A DNA stretch of 64,000 nucleotides from an uncultured Candidatus Rokubacteria bacterium (GCA_963762145.1 CAVXJS010000022.1:64001-128000), one strand, 5' to 3'; positions 23,520 to 34,933 are shown, counted from the stretch's first letter. Made by a program: numbers and translations. Notes: a model not told the origin generated them from the letters alone.

Positions 23520-24905
23520 TCAGGCCTGGAGCAGGCGCTGGATCAGGGGCAGGGCGAAGTAGATGACGAAGGCGATCGCCGCCCCGTACATCATCGGCGC
23601 CACCTCGCGCCCGCGGCCGCGAACGAGCTTGATGAAGCAGTAGCTGACGAAGCCGGTCCCGATCCCGTTGGTGATCGAGTAGGTGAACGCCATCATGGTC
23701 AGGGTCAGGAGGGCGGGGAATCCCTCCTCGAAGTCGTCGAAGGGGATCTCGCGCACGAGTCGGCTCATGAGGTACCCGACCACGATGAGGGCCGGCGCGG
23801 TGGCCTGGGCCGGGACGACCCCGGCCAGCGGCGCGAGGAACAGCGCGAGGAGGAAGCAGACACCCGTCACCACCGAGGCCAGCCCGGTGCGCGCCCCCGC
23901 CGCGACGCCGGCCGCCGACTCGATGTAGGTCGTGGCCGACGAGGCGCCCGCCGCCCCGCCCGCCACCGCGCCCAGCGAATCCACCAGCAGCACCCGATTG
24001 AGCCGCGGCAGACGGCCGTCGGGGGTGAGCCAGCCCGCCTCGCCCCCGATCCCGATCACGGTGCCCATGGTGTCGAAGAAGTCCGAGAGCATCAGGGAGA
24101 AGATCGTGACCAGCGCGGTGATGAGGCCGAGGCGGACGAAGACGGAGAAATCGAAACCGGCGCCCACGCTCGAGAAGTCGGGCAGCGCCACCAGCGTCGT
24201 CGGCCACACCGCCTGTCCGGGCAGCGGAAAGGCGCGGCCCGCGGTGCCGGAGTTGACCGCGATGGCGAGCGCGGTGGTGGCCAGGATGCCGACCAGGAGC
24301 GCCCCGGTGAATCGTCGCGCGGTCAGCCAGACGGTCAGCAGCAGGCCGAAGAGCGCGACCGCCACCGGCGCGGCGGTGAGATCGCCCAGCGTGACCGGGA
24401 CGCCCGTCGGCCCCGGCTTCACGATGCCCGCCGCGCCGAGCCCGATGAAGAGGATGAACAGCCCGATGCCGACGCCGATGGCGCGCTTCAGGGTCGTCGG
24501 GATCGCGTGCATGATCGCCTCGCGGAATCCGGTGAGCACCAGCACCGTGATCACGAGCCCCTCGAGCAGCACCACGCCCATCGCGGCGGTCCACGGCAGC
24601 TTGAGCGTGGCCACGAGCTGGAAGGCGACCACCGCGTTGATCCCCATCCCGGAGGCGATCGCGAGCGGGTAATTCGTGGCCAACCCCATGGCGATGGTGA
24701 GCAGGCCCGCCACGAGGCAAGTCGCGGCCTGGGTGGCCGCGAACGACGGCCCCTGGCCCGCGAGCGCGGGGATGCCCGCGAACGAGAGGATCGCGGGATT
24801 CACGAAGATGATGTAGGCCATCACCATGAAGGTGGTGAGGCCGCCCCGGACCTCGCCCCCCACCGTCGCGCGCCGCCGGCTCAGCTCGAACCAGCGCTCG
24901 AGCAC
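23520..24905 (-). CDS. NCS2 family (AzgA/PbuG-like) purine permease
   Basis: GLTTFMVMAYIIFVNP; YIESAAGVAAGARTGL. Confidence 0.93.
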   Translation of the reverse strand: MLERWFELSRRRATVGGEVRGGLTTFMVMAYIIFVNPAILSFAGIPALAGQGPSFAATQAATCLVAGLLTIAMGLATNYPLAIASGMGINAVVAFQLVATLKLPWTAAMGVVLLEGLVITVLVLTGFREAIMHAIPTTLKRAIGVGIGLFILFIGLGAAGIVKPGPTGVPVTLGDLTAAPVAVALFGLLLTVWLTARRFTGALLVGILATTALAIAVNSGTAGRAFPLPGQAVWPTTLVALPDFSSVGAGFDFSVFVRLGLITALVTIFSLMLSDFFDTMGTVIGIGGEAGWLTPDGRLPRLNRVLLVDSLGAVAGGAAGASSATTYIESAAGVAAGARTGLASVVTGVCFLLALFLAPLAGVVPAQATAPALIVVGYLMSRLVREIPFDDFEEGFPALLTLTMMAFTYSITNGIGTGFVSYCFIKLVRGRGREVAPMMYGAAIAFVIYFALPLIQRLLQA

Positions 24906-24908
24906 GGG

Positions 24909-25739
24909 TCAGTCGCTCTCCGGGTCCGCCACCCGCGGGAGCGCGACGCCCTCTTCCGGCACCACCCGCCGGGCCACCGTGAGGAACCCGGTGTGGGCGA
25001 CCATCCGGTGGAACGGCCGCACCGACGTGCCGTCGATGTTCCACGGCCGCAGCAGCGTCTCGAAGGTCTCCACGAGCGCGTAGCCGCGGTGGCGCCGGAG
25101 CGTCTCGGTGAGGGTGTGGGACTGGATGATCGTCGGCAGGTAGGACAGGAAGATCCCGCCCGGCCGCAACACGGTGGCCACCAGATCCACGAGCTTCCAG
25201 GGCTCCGGCAGGTCGAAGACCGCGCGATCCACCGGCTCCTCCTCGGGGAGCCCGTCCTCCACCGGGCGGATCCGCACGTTCAGATTGCCGACCTCGCCCA
25301 TGCGCAGGTGGATGTTGGCCAGCGCGCGGCGGCAGAAATCCTCGCGCTGCTCGTAGCTCACCACGCGGCCCTCGGGGCCGACCGCGCGCAACAGCGCGAG
25401 GGTGAGCGCGCCCGAGCCCATGCCGGCCTCGAGCACGCGGGCGCCCGGGAAGATGTCGGCCCAGAACATGACCATGGCCAGGTCCTTGGGATAGATCACC
25501 TGGGCGCCGCGCGGCATGTCGAGCACGTACTCTGCCAGCGTGGGACGCAGCGCGAGATACCGCGTGCCCTTGGAGGTGCGCACCCAGGAGCCGTCGGGGT
25601 GCCCGATGATGGCTTCGTGGGTCACCCAGCCCCGGTCGGAGTGGAAGGTGTCGCCCTTGCGGAGCAGCAGGAGATGCCGCCGACCGCGCTGGTCGATCAG
25701 CAGGACCTGCTCGCCGTCCTGAAACTTATCCAGCGCCAC
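24909..25739 (-). CDS. trmI: tRNA (adenine-58-N1)-methyltransferase
   Basis: MPRGAQVIYPKD, EAGMGSGALT, DLPEPW, HTGFL. Confidence 0.93.
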   Translation of the reverse strand: MALDKFQDGEQVLLIDQRGRRHLLLLRKGDTFHSDRGWVTHEAIIGHPDGSWVRTSKGTRYLALRPTLAEYVLDMPRGAQVIYPKDLAMVMFWADIFPGARVLEAGMGSGALTLALLRAVGPEGRVVSYEQREDFCRRALANIHLRMGEVGNLNVRIRPVEDGLPEEEPVDRAVFDLPEPWKLVDLVATVLRPGGIFLSYLPTIIQSHTLTETLRRHRGYALVETFETLLRPWNIDGTSVRPFHRMVAHTGFLTVARRVVPEEGVALPRVADPESD

Positions 25740-26955
25740 CGGTCTTGGGATCCGGGAGGAACAGGGCGACCAGGAAGCCGGCCAGGGGCATGACCGCGGA
25801 GATGCCGAGAGCCGCCGTGAGCCCCCAGTGATCGGCCACCCATCCGAGCGCGCTCGCGCCGACGCCGCCCGCGCCGATCGCGAAGCCGACGATGAGCCCG
25901 GAGGCCATGCCCGGATGCTTGGGCAGGTAGGCCTGGCCGAGCACCACCGACACCGTGAAGGTCGAGACGAGCACGAACCCCAGCAGGGCCAGGAGCACGA
26001 ACACGAGGGGGCCGCCGCTCACGAACAGGAAGCCCATCGCGAGCGGGGTGGCGAGGAGGAACACGCTGACCACGTAGCGTCGCACGCCGACCCGGTCCGC
26101 GATGGGACCGGCCACCAGGGTGCCGATGACGCCCGCGCCGAGGAACACCGCGAGCAGGGTGCCGACCAGCCGCGGATCACCGTGCAGCACATCCTTCCAG
26201 TAGAACGGCATGAAGGTGGTGAAGCCGAGCTGCGTCCACGAGCGGATCGCGACCACCAGGATGAGCAGGCTCATCGCGCCCACCATGGTCTGGGCGCCCG
26301 CGGCGCTCGCCCGGTCGCGGGCCACCGCGGGTGGCGGCGCGGACAGCCGCGGCAGCACCGCGGTGAGCAGCCCGGCCATCAGCAGCCCCGGGACCAGCAT
26401 GCCGAGGCTGCCCGGCAGGCCGTAGGTGGTGAGCAGGACCGTGAGCAGCGGCGGGCCCAGCGCGATGCCGATATTGCCGCCGGTGGAGAAGATCGAGACG
26501 CCGGTGGCCTTGCGGTCGCCCGCCACCGCGGTGGCGGTGCGGTAGCCCTCCGGATGATACGCGGCGACGCCGAATCCGGTGATCATCACCAGCGCGAGCA
26601 CCGCGCCGTAAGACGGCGCCAGCCCCAGAAAGCCCAGGCCCACCGCGGAGAGCAGCACCGAGATCGGCAGCAGCCACCGCCGCGCCGTCTTGTCGGCCAG
26701 GTAGCCGAAGAGCGGCTGGATCAGCGACGAGGTGATGTTCGCCGCCAGGACGATGAAGCCGGTGGCCGCGTACGAGAGATTGAGCGCGTCCTTGAGGAAC
26801 GGCAGGATGACCGGGAACGAGCCCTGATTGATGTCGATGACCATGTGGCCCAGGGCCAGGAATCCCAGCAGCCGCATGTCCGGCTTGACGCGCGCGGCGG
26901 GGGCGGCGGCCGTCGCGGGCAGGGTAACGGCGGCGGCCGAGGAGTCGGGAGTCAT
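25726..26955 (-). CDS. MFS transporter (Fsr-like)
   Basis: SSLIQPLFGYLAD, AAYHPEG, GGNIG.ALGP; 12-TM pattern. Confidence 0.9.
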   Translation of the reverse strand: MTPDSSAAAVTLPATAAAPAARVKPDMRLLGFLALGHMVIDINQGSFPVILPFLKDALNLSYAATGFIVLAANITSSLIQPLFGYLADKTARRWLLPISVLLSAVGLGFLGLAPSYGAVLALVMITGFGVAAYHPEGYRTATAVAGDRKATGVSIFSTGGNIGIALGPPLLTVLLTTYGLPGSLGMLVPGLLMAGLLTAVLPRLSAPPPAVARDRASAAGAQTMVGAMSLLILVVAIRSWTQLGFTTFMPFYWKDVLHGDPRLVGTLLAVFLGAGVIGTLVAGPIADRVGVRRYVVSVFLLATPLAMGFLFVSGGPLVFVLLALLGFVLVSTFTVSVVLGQAYLPKHPGMASGLIVGFAIGAGGVGASALGWVADHWGLTAALGISAVMPLAGFLVALFLPDPKTGGAG

Positions 26956-26974
26956 AGGGGCCTATGCTACACCA

Positions 26975-27035
26975 CCCTCTCCCCAGCGGGGAGAGGGCAG
27001 GGTGAGGGGTCAGATGCCGAGGGGTCAGATGCCGA
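26975..27035. repeat. BoxC/REP-like repeat, copy 2, with an adjoining 15-bp tandem duplication
   Basis: CCCTCTCCCC-agc-GGGGAGAGGG-CAGGGTGAGGGG; GAGGGGTCAGATGCC x2 at 27004-27033. Confidence 0.75.
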
Positions 27036-28197
27036 AGGCGTCGAGCCCGGTGATGTCGCGGCCCACGATCAGGGTGTGGATGTCGTGCGTGCCCTCGTAG
27101 GTGTTCACCGTCTCCAGATTCATCATGTGCCGGATGATCGGGTGCTCGTCCACGATGCCGGCCGCGCCCAGGATGTCCCGCGCGAGCCGCGCGCCGTCGA
27201 GCGCCATCTGCACGTTGTTCATCTTGGCCATCGAGATCTGCTGCGGACGCACCCGGCCCGCGTCCTTCAGCTGGCCGAGCCGGAGACAGAGGAGCTGGGC
27301 CTTGGTGATCTCGGTGATCATCCAGACGAGCTTCTGCTGGACGAGCTGGAACGAGCCGATCGGCTTGTCGAACTGGATGCGCTGCTGGGAGTACTGCAGC
27401 GACCAGTCGTAGCACGCCATCGCGGCCCCGATCGCCCCCCACGCGATGCCGTAGCGCGCCTGGGAGAGGCAGGACAGCGGGCCCTTGAGCCCCTTCACCC
27501 CGGGCAGCTTGTTCTCCAGCGGGATGCGGCAGTCCGCGAAGGCCAGCTCCGAGGTGATCGACGCCCGCATCGAGAACTTCCCGTGGATGTCCATCGTGCT
27601 GTAGCCCGGCGTGCCCTTCTCGACGAGGTAGCCGCCGATCTCGCCGTCGTCGCCCTTGGCCCACACCACCGCCACGTCGGCCACCGAGCCGTTGGTGATC
27701 CAGAGCTTGGTCCCGTTGAGCACGTACTCGTCGCCCTTCTTCACGGCGCGCGTCTTCATCCCGCCCGGGTCCGAGCCGTGGTCGGGCTCGGTGAGGCCGA
27801 AGCAGCCGAGCGCGGCGCCGGACTGCAGGCGCGGAAGCCACCGCTCCTTCTGCGCGTCGGAGCCGTAGCTGTAGATCGGATACATGACGAGCCCGCTCTG
27901 CACCGAGGCGAAGGACCGCAGGCCCGAGTCGCCGCGCTCCAGCTCCTGCATGATGAGCCCGTAGGCCACGTTGTCGAGGCCGGCGCAGCCGTAGCCCTTC
28001 AGCGTGGCGCCGAACACGCCCATCTCGCCCAGGTCCTGCGCGAGCTCCATGGGGAAGGTGCCGTCGCGGTGGTGCTGGCTCACGACGGGGAGGAACTTCG
28101 CCTCGACCCAGTCGCGCACCGCGTCGCGCATCATGCGCTGCTCTTCGGTCAGGAGCTCGTCGAAGCCGTAGTAGTCCACGCCGCGGAACTTTTCCAT
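27025..28197 (-). CDS. gcdH: Acyl-CoA dehydrogenase, glutaryl-CoA dehydrogenase-like
   Basis: ELERGDSGLRS, GCFGLTEPDHGSDP, NLETVNTYEGTHDIH. Confidence 0.88.
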   Translation of the reverse strand: MEKFRGVDYYGFDELLTEEQRMMRDAVRDWVEAKFLPVVSQHHRDGTFPMELAQDLGEMGVFGATLKGYGCAGLDNVAYGLIMQELERGDSGLRSFASVQSGLVMYPIYSYGSDAQKERWLPRLQSGAALGCFGLTEPDHGSDPGGMKTRAVKKGDEYVLNGTKLWITNGSVADVAVVWAKGDDGEIGGYLVEKGTPGYSTMDIHGKFSMRASITSELAFADCRIPLENKLPGVKGLKGPLSCLSQARYGIAWGAIGAAMACYDWSLQYSQQRIQFDKPIGSFQLVQQKLVWMITEITKAQLLCLRLGQLKDAGRVRPQQISMAKMNNVQMALDGARLARDILGAAGIVDEHPIIRHMMNLETVNTYEGTHDIHTLIVGRDITGLDAFGI

Positions 28198-28223
28198 AAC
28201 GCTGTCCTTGCTCGGGGCTGGGG

Positions 28224-29631
28224 TTAGAGGTTGGTGGGGTGCGCGGGGCGGTCCTCGCCGAGCGCCTCGTTCAGGGCGCGGGCGAGCTGCTGATCGTGCT
28301 CGTGGCTCATCGCGAAGATCCGGCACTGGGCGACCTTGCCGGGCAGGTACTTCAGCAGCTCCTTGAGCGGCTCGGCCGACACGCTGCGGTCCGCCGCGTC
28401 GTACACGTAGATCTGCCGGTCCTTCATGCCGATCGGGTTCAGCGGGCGCGGGTCCTGCTGGGCCATGTCGATCTTGAACGGGAAGTTGCGAAGGCCGGGC
28501 GGCAGGCAGATCCTTCACCCGCTGCTCGACCTCCTCCGCCTTCATGAAGCTCTGGCCCCGCCGCGGCTCGAAGAGATCGAGGACCACCTCATGCGACATG
28601 CGCCACTTGAGCCGGCGGTCGAGGATCTGCCGCCACTCCCGGCCGAGGTCCCGGCGCTCCCCGTCGTCGGAGTGCTCCCAGCGCGCGACCTCCTCGAGCA
28701 GCGTCCACTCCGTCATGTTGCAGGTACGGCTGGAGCTCCTTGTTGAGGTCGTGGGGGAAGATCAGCCGCATGGTGTCGCGGAAGATGTCCTTGAGATGCA
28801 GGTCGATGCCGCGCGTGGTCCGGTGGTAGTAGACGTTGGTGTAGAGGTAGAACCGCGCGTTCAGGAACATGATGAACGCCTGGATCCCGCCGCGGTCGAG
28901 CGTGAGCCCCTTCTCGCTGAAGAAGGAGTAGTACATGATGCGCTCGATGTCGATCGGCCCCACCGCGACCCCGCACATGTAGGAGTCGCGCAGCACGTAG
29001 TCCATGTTGTCGGCGGTGTAGATGCCCGGAGAGCAGCGGCTTGAGATGCGCGAGCCAGCGCGGATGCTCGGCGGTGGGAAACGTGTAGCTCTTGCCCATC
29101 AGGTAGCAGATCCACTCGGGGTCGATGCGCTCGCCGCTCTCGAAGGGGCCCGACGGGCTGCGCCGGAGCCCGCGGATCAGCTCGCCCAGCTCCTCCCGGA
29201 TGATGCGCTGGCCGACCTTCTCGTGGGTGAGATCGAAGTCGGCCAGGAAGTTGTCGTCGAAGAAGTGGCCGAAGGGGCCGTGGCCCACGTCGTGGAGCAG
29301 ACCCGCCACGCGGAGCAGCTCCTCGAAGAGCGGCGCCGACGGCGCGTCGGAGAACTCGGCCTTGAGCGAGGCGTGGAGCTGCTGGGCGAAGCGCCCGGCC
29401 AGGTGCATCGCGCCCAGCGAGTGCTGGAAGCGGCTGTGCTCGGCGGCCGGGAATACCCAGCGCGCGGACTGCAGCTGCGGCACGCGCCGCAGGCGCTGCA
29501 TCCACGGCCGAGTCGATGAGGTCCTGCTCGGTGGCTTCCCCGGGGACCCCGTCGGGCCGCGTGTAGAGGATGTACTGATGAATGGGGTCGGCGATGAGAC
29601 CACGACCCTGGTAGGTGTCCACGCCCTTCAT
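28224..29631 (-). CDS. HD-domain phosphohydrolase (YwfO/dNTP triphosphohydrolase-like), several frameshifts
   Basis: IADPIH, QRLRRVPQL, HSRFQHSLG, LLHDVGHGPFGH, DNMDYVLRD, VYYH. Confidence 0.85.
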
Positions 29632-29645
29632 GGCTAGAGCCTAAC

Positions 29646-30672
29646 CTACTTGTCGGAGGTCCGATAGAAACGGTAGCGATCCATCGGCCGCACCGCGATG
29701 GCCTCCGTCGCGCCGGCGCGGCGGACGGTCACCCGCACGTCCTGATCCATCGGCGCCTGCCAGAGCTCGCGGTAGAAATCCTCGCGGCTCGCCACCTGCC
29801 GCCCGTTGAGCTGGACGATCACGTCGCCCGCCCGCAGGCCCGCGGCCCGCGCCGGGCTCGAGCGGCGACATGCCGGCCACCACGACGCCGCCGTCCACCG
29901 ACTCCGTGTAGAGACCGAGCCAGGGCGCGGGGCGCGCGGCTCGTCGACGCGGCCCTGCGCCAGCAGCTCGTCCTTGCCGGCGAGGAACTTGTCGATCGGG
30001 ATGGCCAGGTTGACGTGGGGCGCCTCGCCCAGGCGCAGCGAGGTGACGCCGATCACGCTGCCCGCGGCGTTGACGAGCGCGGCGCCGCCGAAGGCGGCAT
30101 TGTACGGGGTCACGATGAAGGCGCGGTCCAGCATGTACTCCCAGGCGGCCGCGAACGGCCGCACCGCCTGGACCCGGCTCGGGGTGGCCACCAGGTCGCC
30201 GTCGTCCGACACGCCCACCGTGCCGGTGGTGTCGCCGGCCGTGACCATCGTCGAGTCGCCCAGGGTCGCGGCCGGCCACGGCCCGCGGCCCTCGAGCTGG
30301 GCCACCCCGACCCCGACCTCGAGATCGAGCCCGACGAGCCGCGCGGGTACCTTGCGTCCGTCGCGGAGCGAGACCTCGATGCGTGAGGCGTCGAGCAGGA
30401 CATAGCTCACGGTCAGGAGGTAAGCCCTGGTCGGCGTCGAAGATGACGCCGCTGCCCCAGCGCTCGACGCCGAGCGTGGCCGCCGACGGCCGGTCACGCG
30501 GCACCTCTACCCGGAGCCCCACCACCGCCGGCTCGACGCGGCGGATCTGGGAGGCGAGTGGAGAGATCTGACGCGGGTCGAGGCGGCGGTCGGCGTCGCG
30601 GGGCGCGGCCGCCGCGGGGAGGGCCAGGGCCAGCAGGCCGACAGCCGCCCAGCGGATCGGCGCGCGCGACAT
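29646..30672 (-). CDS. S1C/HtrA-like trypsin-fold protein with PDZ domain, frameshifted
   Basis: GSGVI, FGGAALVN..G.VIGV, PWLG, AGLRAGDVI; catalytic Ser/His appear substituted. Confidence 0.75.
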
Positions 30673-30677
30673 GCCGG

Positions 30678-31678
30678 TTACCTCGCGGTGTACTGCGTCT
30701 GGTAGTACTGCCGGAACGCGCCCGACTTGATGGGCTTCCACCACGCGTCGTGCGCCCGGTACCACTCCACGGTCTCGGCCAGCGCCTGGTCGAAGCTCGC
30801 GGCGGGCGCCCAGCCGAGCGCGCGGACCTTGCTCGAGTCGAGCGCGTAGCGGCGGTCGTGCCCGGGCCGGTCCGCCACCGGCGTGATCAGGCTCTCCGGC
30901 TTGCCGAGCAGGCTCAGGATCCGGTGCGTGAGCGTCACGTTCTGCACTTCCGCGGCGCCCCCGATGTTGTAGATCTCGCCGTCCACGCCCCTTGCGGAGG
31001 ACGAGGTCGATCGCCGCGCAGTTGTCGAGCACGTAGAGCCAGTCGCGCACGTTGCGGCCGTCGCCGTAGAGCGGCAGCGCGCGATCCTCGATCGCGTTGG
31101 TGACGAAGAGCGGGATGACCTTCTCCGGATACTGGTACGGCCCGAAGTTGTTGCTGCTGCGGGTGACGAGCACGGGCAGGTGATGGGTGGTCCAGTAGGC
31201 GCGGGCCAGGAGATCCGCGGCCGCCTTCGAGGCCGAGTACGGATTCGACGGATTCAGCACGTCGCTCTCGCGGGCCGCGCCCTCCGCGATGCTCCCGTAC
31301 ACCTCGTCGGTGCTCACCGCGAGGAAGCGGCCGATCTTGAGCTCGCGCGCGGCCTCCAGCAGGGTGAAGGTGCCGGTCACGTTGGTCCGGAGGAAGTCGT
31401 CGGCGCCCAGGTTCGAGCGGTCCACGTGGGTCTCGGCCGCGAAGTGCACGACCGCGTCCATCCCGGCCATGGCCTCGCGAACCACCGCGCGCGTCGCAGA
31501 TGTCGCCCTTGACGAACCGGTAGCGGGGATTCGTCTCGACGTCGCGCAGGTTCTCGAGATTCCCCGCGTAGGTGAGCTTGTCGAGATTGACGACCGCGTC
31601 GCCGGGATGGCGCGCCAGGACGTGGCGGACGAAGTTGGAGCCGATGAAGCCGGCGCCGCCGGTGACGAGGATCTTCAT
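30678..31678 (-). CDS. rmlB: dTDP-glucose 4,6-dehydratase, frameshifted
   Basis: [52 protein letters not shown]. Confidence 0.95.
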
Positions 31679-32235
31679 CCTATCCCCGGGTGACGTCCCA
31701 GATGTCGGCCCCGGCGAAGTCCCAGGGCAGCCGCCCCTCTTCGGTCTGATCCGGATCCGCCGAGAACTGCACGTCCACGAAGTAGATGATGCGGCCGCGC
31801 GATGGCCGCGAGGTTCTTCACCCCGTGGGCGACCCCGGGGGGGATCCGCAGCAGCCGCGTCTGGCCGTCGCCGAGCACGATCCGGCGCTGGGCCCCGTGC
31901 GTCCGGCTGTGGGCCCGCACGTCCAGCAGCACCACCAGCATCTTGTCGCCGGGCGGCACGAACCACACGTCGGTCTGGCGGCGGTGCAGGTGAAACGCCT
32001 TGATCACGCCGGCGTCCATCTCGCTGTAGTTCACCTGGCGGCACTCGAAGCCGGGCAGCGACGCCGGGATCCCCTGCTGCAGCCGCGCCAGCTCCATGAA
32101 GGACCCGCCGTCGTCGGTGAACCGCTTGAGCTCCACGACCTGCACGCCCTCGATCTCGGGCGCGGCCCCGTAGTCCTGCAGGGCAAAGGCCCGCTTGGCC
32201 GCGTCGCTCAGCTCGATCGGGTCGCGCGAGGCCAT
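31675..32235 (-). CDS. rmlC: dTDP-4-dehydrorhamnose 3,5-epimerase family, frameshift near 31800
   Basis: [27 protein letters not shown]. Confidence 0.85.
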   Translation of the reverse strand: MASRDPIELSDAAKRAFALQDYGAAPEIEGVQVVELKRFTDDGGSFMELARLQQGIPASLPGFECRQVNYSEMDAGVIKAFHLHRRQTDVWFVPPGDKMLVVLLDVRAHSRTHGAQRRIVLGDGQTRLLRIPPGVAHGVKNLAAIARPHHLLRGRAVLGGSGSDRRGAAALGLRRGRHLGRHPGIG

Positions 32236-33296
32236 CAGATCAGACCCACCTCGCTGCGATCGCCCAGCATGAAGTTGAACGAGCGCGGCTTGGACGCGGT
32301 CCGGTGAATGGACACGTTGCGCCCGATCAGGCTCGACTCGATGCGCCCGCCCACGTCGGTCACGCTCGCGCCCTCGAGGATGATGGAGTGCTCCACCTCG
32401 CTGGCGCGGAGCACCACCCGGTCGCCGATCGACGTGAACGGGCCCACGTAGGCGCTCTCGATGACCGCGTCGCGGCCGATGATCGCCGGCCCGCGCACCG
32501 TGCTCTTGATCACCCGCGCGCCCGCCTCGATCACCACCCGGCCGACGATCTCGCTGTCCTCCACCGTCCCGTCGGTCCGGGGCATCAGGGTGTCCAGGAT
32601 GATCCGGTTGGCCTCCAGCATGTCCTCGAGCTTGCCGGTATCCTTCCACCAGCCCTCGATGATGTGGGGCCGTACGATGTGACGCTGGTCGATCAGCCAC
32701 TGGATCGCGTCGGTGATCTCGAGCTCGCCGCGCGCCGACGGCTTGATGGCCTTGACCGCCTTGAAGACCGTCGCGTCGAACATGTAGACGCCGACCAGGC
32801 CCAGGTTGGAGGGCGGATCCTTCGGCTTTTCCACCAGGCGCACCACCTGCCCGTCCTTCAGCACCGCGACGCCGAACTGGGTCGCGTCGGGCACGGCCGC
32901 GAGCAGGATCTGGCAGTTGGGCTTCTCGTCGCGGAAGCGCGTGACCAGGGGCTCGAGACGCTCACGGATCAGGTTGTCGCCCAGGTACATGCAGAACGGC
33001 TCGGTGCCGAGGAACGGCTCGGAGACGAGCACCGCGTGCGCGAGGCCCAGCGGGGCCTCCTGTTCGATGTACGTGATCGACACCCCGAACCGGCTGCCAT
33101 CCCCGACCGCGTCGCGGATCTCCTGCCGGGTGTCGCCGACCACGATCCCGATCTCCCGGATCCCCGAGGCGGCCAGCGCCTCGATCCCATAGAAGAGGAT
33201 GGGCTTGTTGGCCACCGGAACGAGCTGCTTCGCCGAGGTGAACGTGATCGGACGGAGACGCGTGCCCCGGCCCCCGGAGAGGATTAGCCCTTTCAT
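32235..33296 (-). CDS. rmlA: Glucose-1-phosphate thymidylyltransferase (long form)
   Basis: [36 protein letters not shown]. Confidence 0.93.
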   Translation of the reverse strand: MKGLILSGGRGTRLRPITFTSAKQLVPVANKPILFYGIEALAASGIREIGIVVGDTRQEIRDAVGDGSRFGVSITYIEQEAPLGLAHAVLVSEPFLGTEPFCMYLGDNLIRERLEPLVTRFRDEKPNCQILLAAVPDATQFGVAVLKDGQVVRLVEKPKDPPSNLGLVGVYMFDATVFKAVKAIKPSARGELEITDAIQWLIDQRHIVRPHIIEGWWKDTGKLEDMLEANRIILDTLMPRTDGTVEDSEIVGRVVIEAGARVIKSTVRGPAIIGRDAVIESAYVGPFTSIGDRVVLRASEVEHSIILEGASVTDVGGRIESSLIGRNVSIHRTASKPRSFNFMLGDRSEVGLI

Positions 33297-33424
33297 TTAG
33301 CGGCCAAGTATAGCAGTCTTACCCAACCGCCACTAGCCGCCCTACCGGGCTTGCCAGATCCGACCGGAAAGGGTGGTATTATGAACGTACTGAAATCGCT
33401 GAGACTTTCATCCAGGAGCGGGTG

Positions 33425-34645
33425 ATGGCGACGTTGAAGGATATGCTGGCAGACGCCCGGCGGGTGGTACCCGAGCAGGGGCCGGCCGAGGTCAAGAAGC
33501 GAATCGACGCCGGGGAGCCGCTCGTCCTGATCGACGTCCGCGACCCGGACGAGTACCGCGACGGCTTCATCGAGCCCGCGACGAACATCAGCCGCGGCTT
33601 CCTCGAGTTCCGCATCGGCGGCGCGGCGGCGGATCCGACGACGCCGATCGTGCTGTACTGCCAGAGCGGCCTCCGGTCGATGCTCGCCGCCAAGGCCCTC
33701 CGCGACCTCGGCTACGAGAACGTGACCAACCTGCAGGGCGGCTTCCAGAAGTGGGCGCAGTCCGGCCTGCCGGTGGCCAAGGACCGCCCGATGAACGCCG
33801 AGCAGATCCAGCGCTACAGCCGTCACTTCCTGCTGAGCCAGGTGGGCGAGAAGGGCCAGCGCAAGCTGCTCCGCTCGAAGGTGCTGCTGATCGGCGCGGG
33901 CGGGCTCGGCTCGCCGACCGCGCTGTATCTGGCCGCGGCGGGTGTCGGCACGATGGGCCTGATGGACGGCGACGTGGTGGACGTGTCGAACCTGCAGCGG
34001 CAGATCCTCCACACCACCGCGAACGTGGGGCGGCCCAAGGTCGAGTCGGGCACCGAGATGATCCGGGCGCTGAATCCGGACGTCAACGTCATCCCGCTGC
34101 CGACGCGCATCACCGTCGACAACGTGATGGACATCATCAAGGACTACGACCTGGTCATCGACGGGTCGGACAACTTCGACACTCGCTACCTGATGAACGA
34201 CGCCTGCTACCTGGCGGGCAAGACCAACGTGCACGGCTCGATCTTCCAGTTCGAGGGTATGGCCACCGTGCTCGCCCCGAACCAGGGCCCGTGCTACCGC
34301 TGCCTCTACCCGACGCCGCCGCCCCCCGGGCTCGTCCCCAGCTGAAGCGAGGCCGGCGTCCTGGGCGTGCTCCCAGGCATCATCGGAGTGATACAGGCCA
34401 CCGAGGCCATCAAGGTGCTGCTCGGCATCGGCGAGCCCCTGATCGGCCGGCTCCTGACCTACGATGCGCTCGGCATGCGCTTCCGCGAGGTCAAGCTACG
34501 CCGCGACCCCAAGTGCCCGCTCTGCGGCGAGCACCCGACCATCACGGACCTCTCGATTCACAGCGGCACCGCGGACGGCTGCGCGGTCAGTGACAATGGC
34601 CATACCGCGCCCGCGGCCGCACCAGCCGCGACACCGCGCGGGTAG
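33425..34645 (+). CDS. moeB: Rhodanese-MoeB (MoeZ-like) adenylyltransferase with an in-frame UGA at 34343, probable selenocysteine
   Basis: Rhodanese CQSGLRS; RYSRH, GAGGLG, SNLQRQ, CYRC; VPS*SEAGVLG continues in the same frame to CPLC. Confidence 0.88.
34360..34377 (+). promoter_or_regulatory. Candidate bacterial SECIS hairpin
   Basis: CCTGGG-cgtgct-CCCAGG; loop starts 20 nt after the UGA, with G at loop position 2. Confidence 0.6.
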
Positions 34646-34687
34646 CCCACTCCCGCGCGATCATCGCGGCGGCGCGCGGCCGGCCGC

Positions 34688-34933
34688 TCACGCCGCGCGG
34701 ATTCTCATCGGCGCGGCCACGGGCTCCTGCTCCCGCGCCGCTTTCACGATCACCCGGCCACGCTGGGGAAGGCCCTCCGCGCGGTCGAGCCACACGCTGA
34801 GGGGATAGGTATCCTCACTCGCGCAGGCCGGACAGCGGCGGGAGAGCGATCCATCGAAGACGGCGTTGCAGGCCAGATCTAGGCAGAGGAGAGCGGACTC
34901 CAGCTGGATCTTGAACGAGCTGATGGGCTCCAT
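34688..34933 (-). CDS. Small Cys-rich (putative Zn-ribbon) protein
   Basis: CLDLAC...CPAC; GGAGG RBS. Confidence 0.65.
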   Translation of the reverse strand: MEPISSFKIQLESALLCLDLACNAVFDGSLSRRCPACASEDTYPLSVWLDRAEGLPQRGRVIVKAAREQEPVAAPMRIRAA

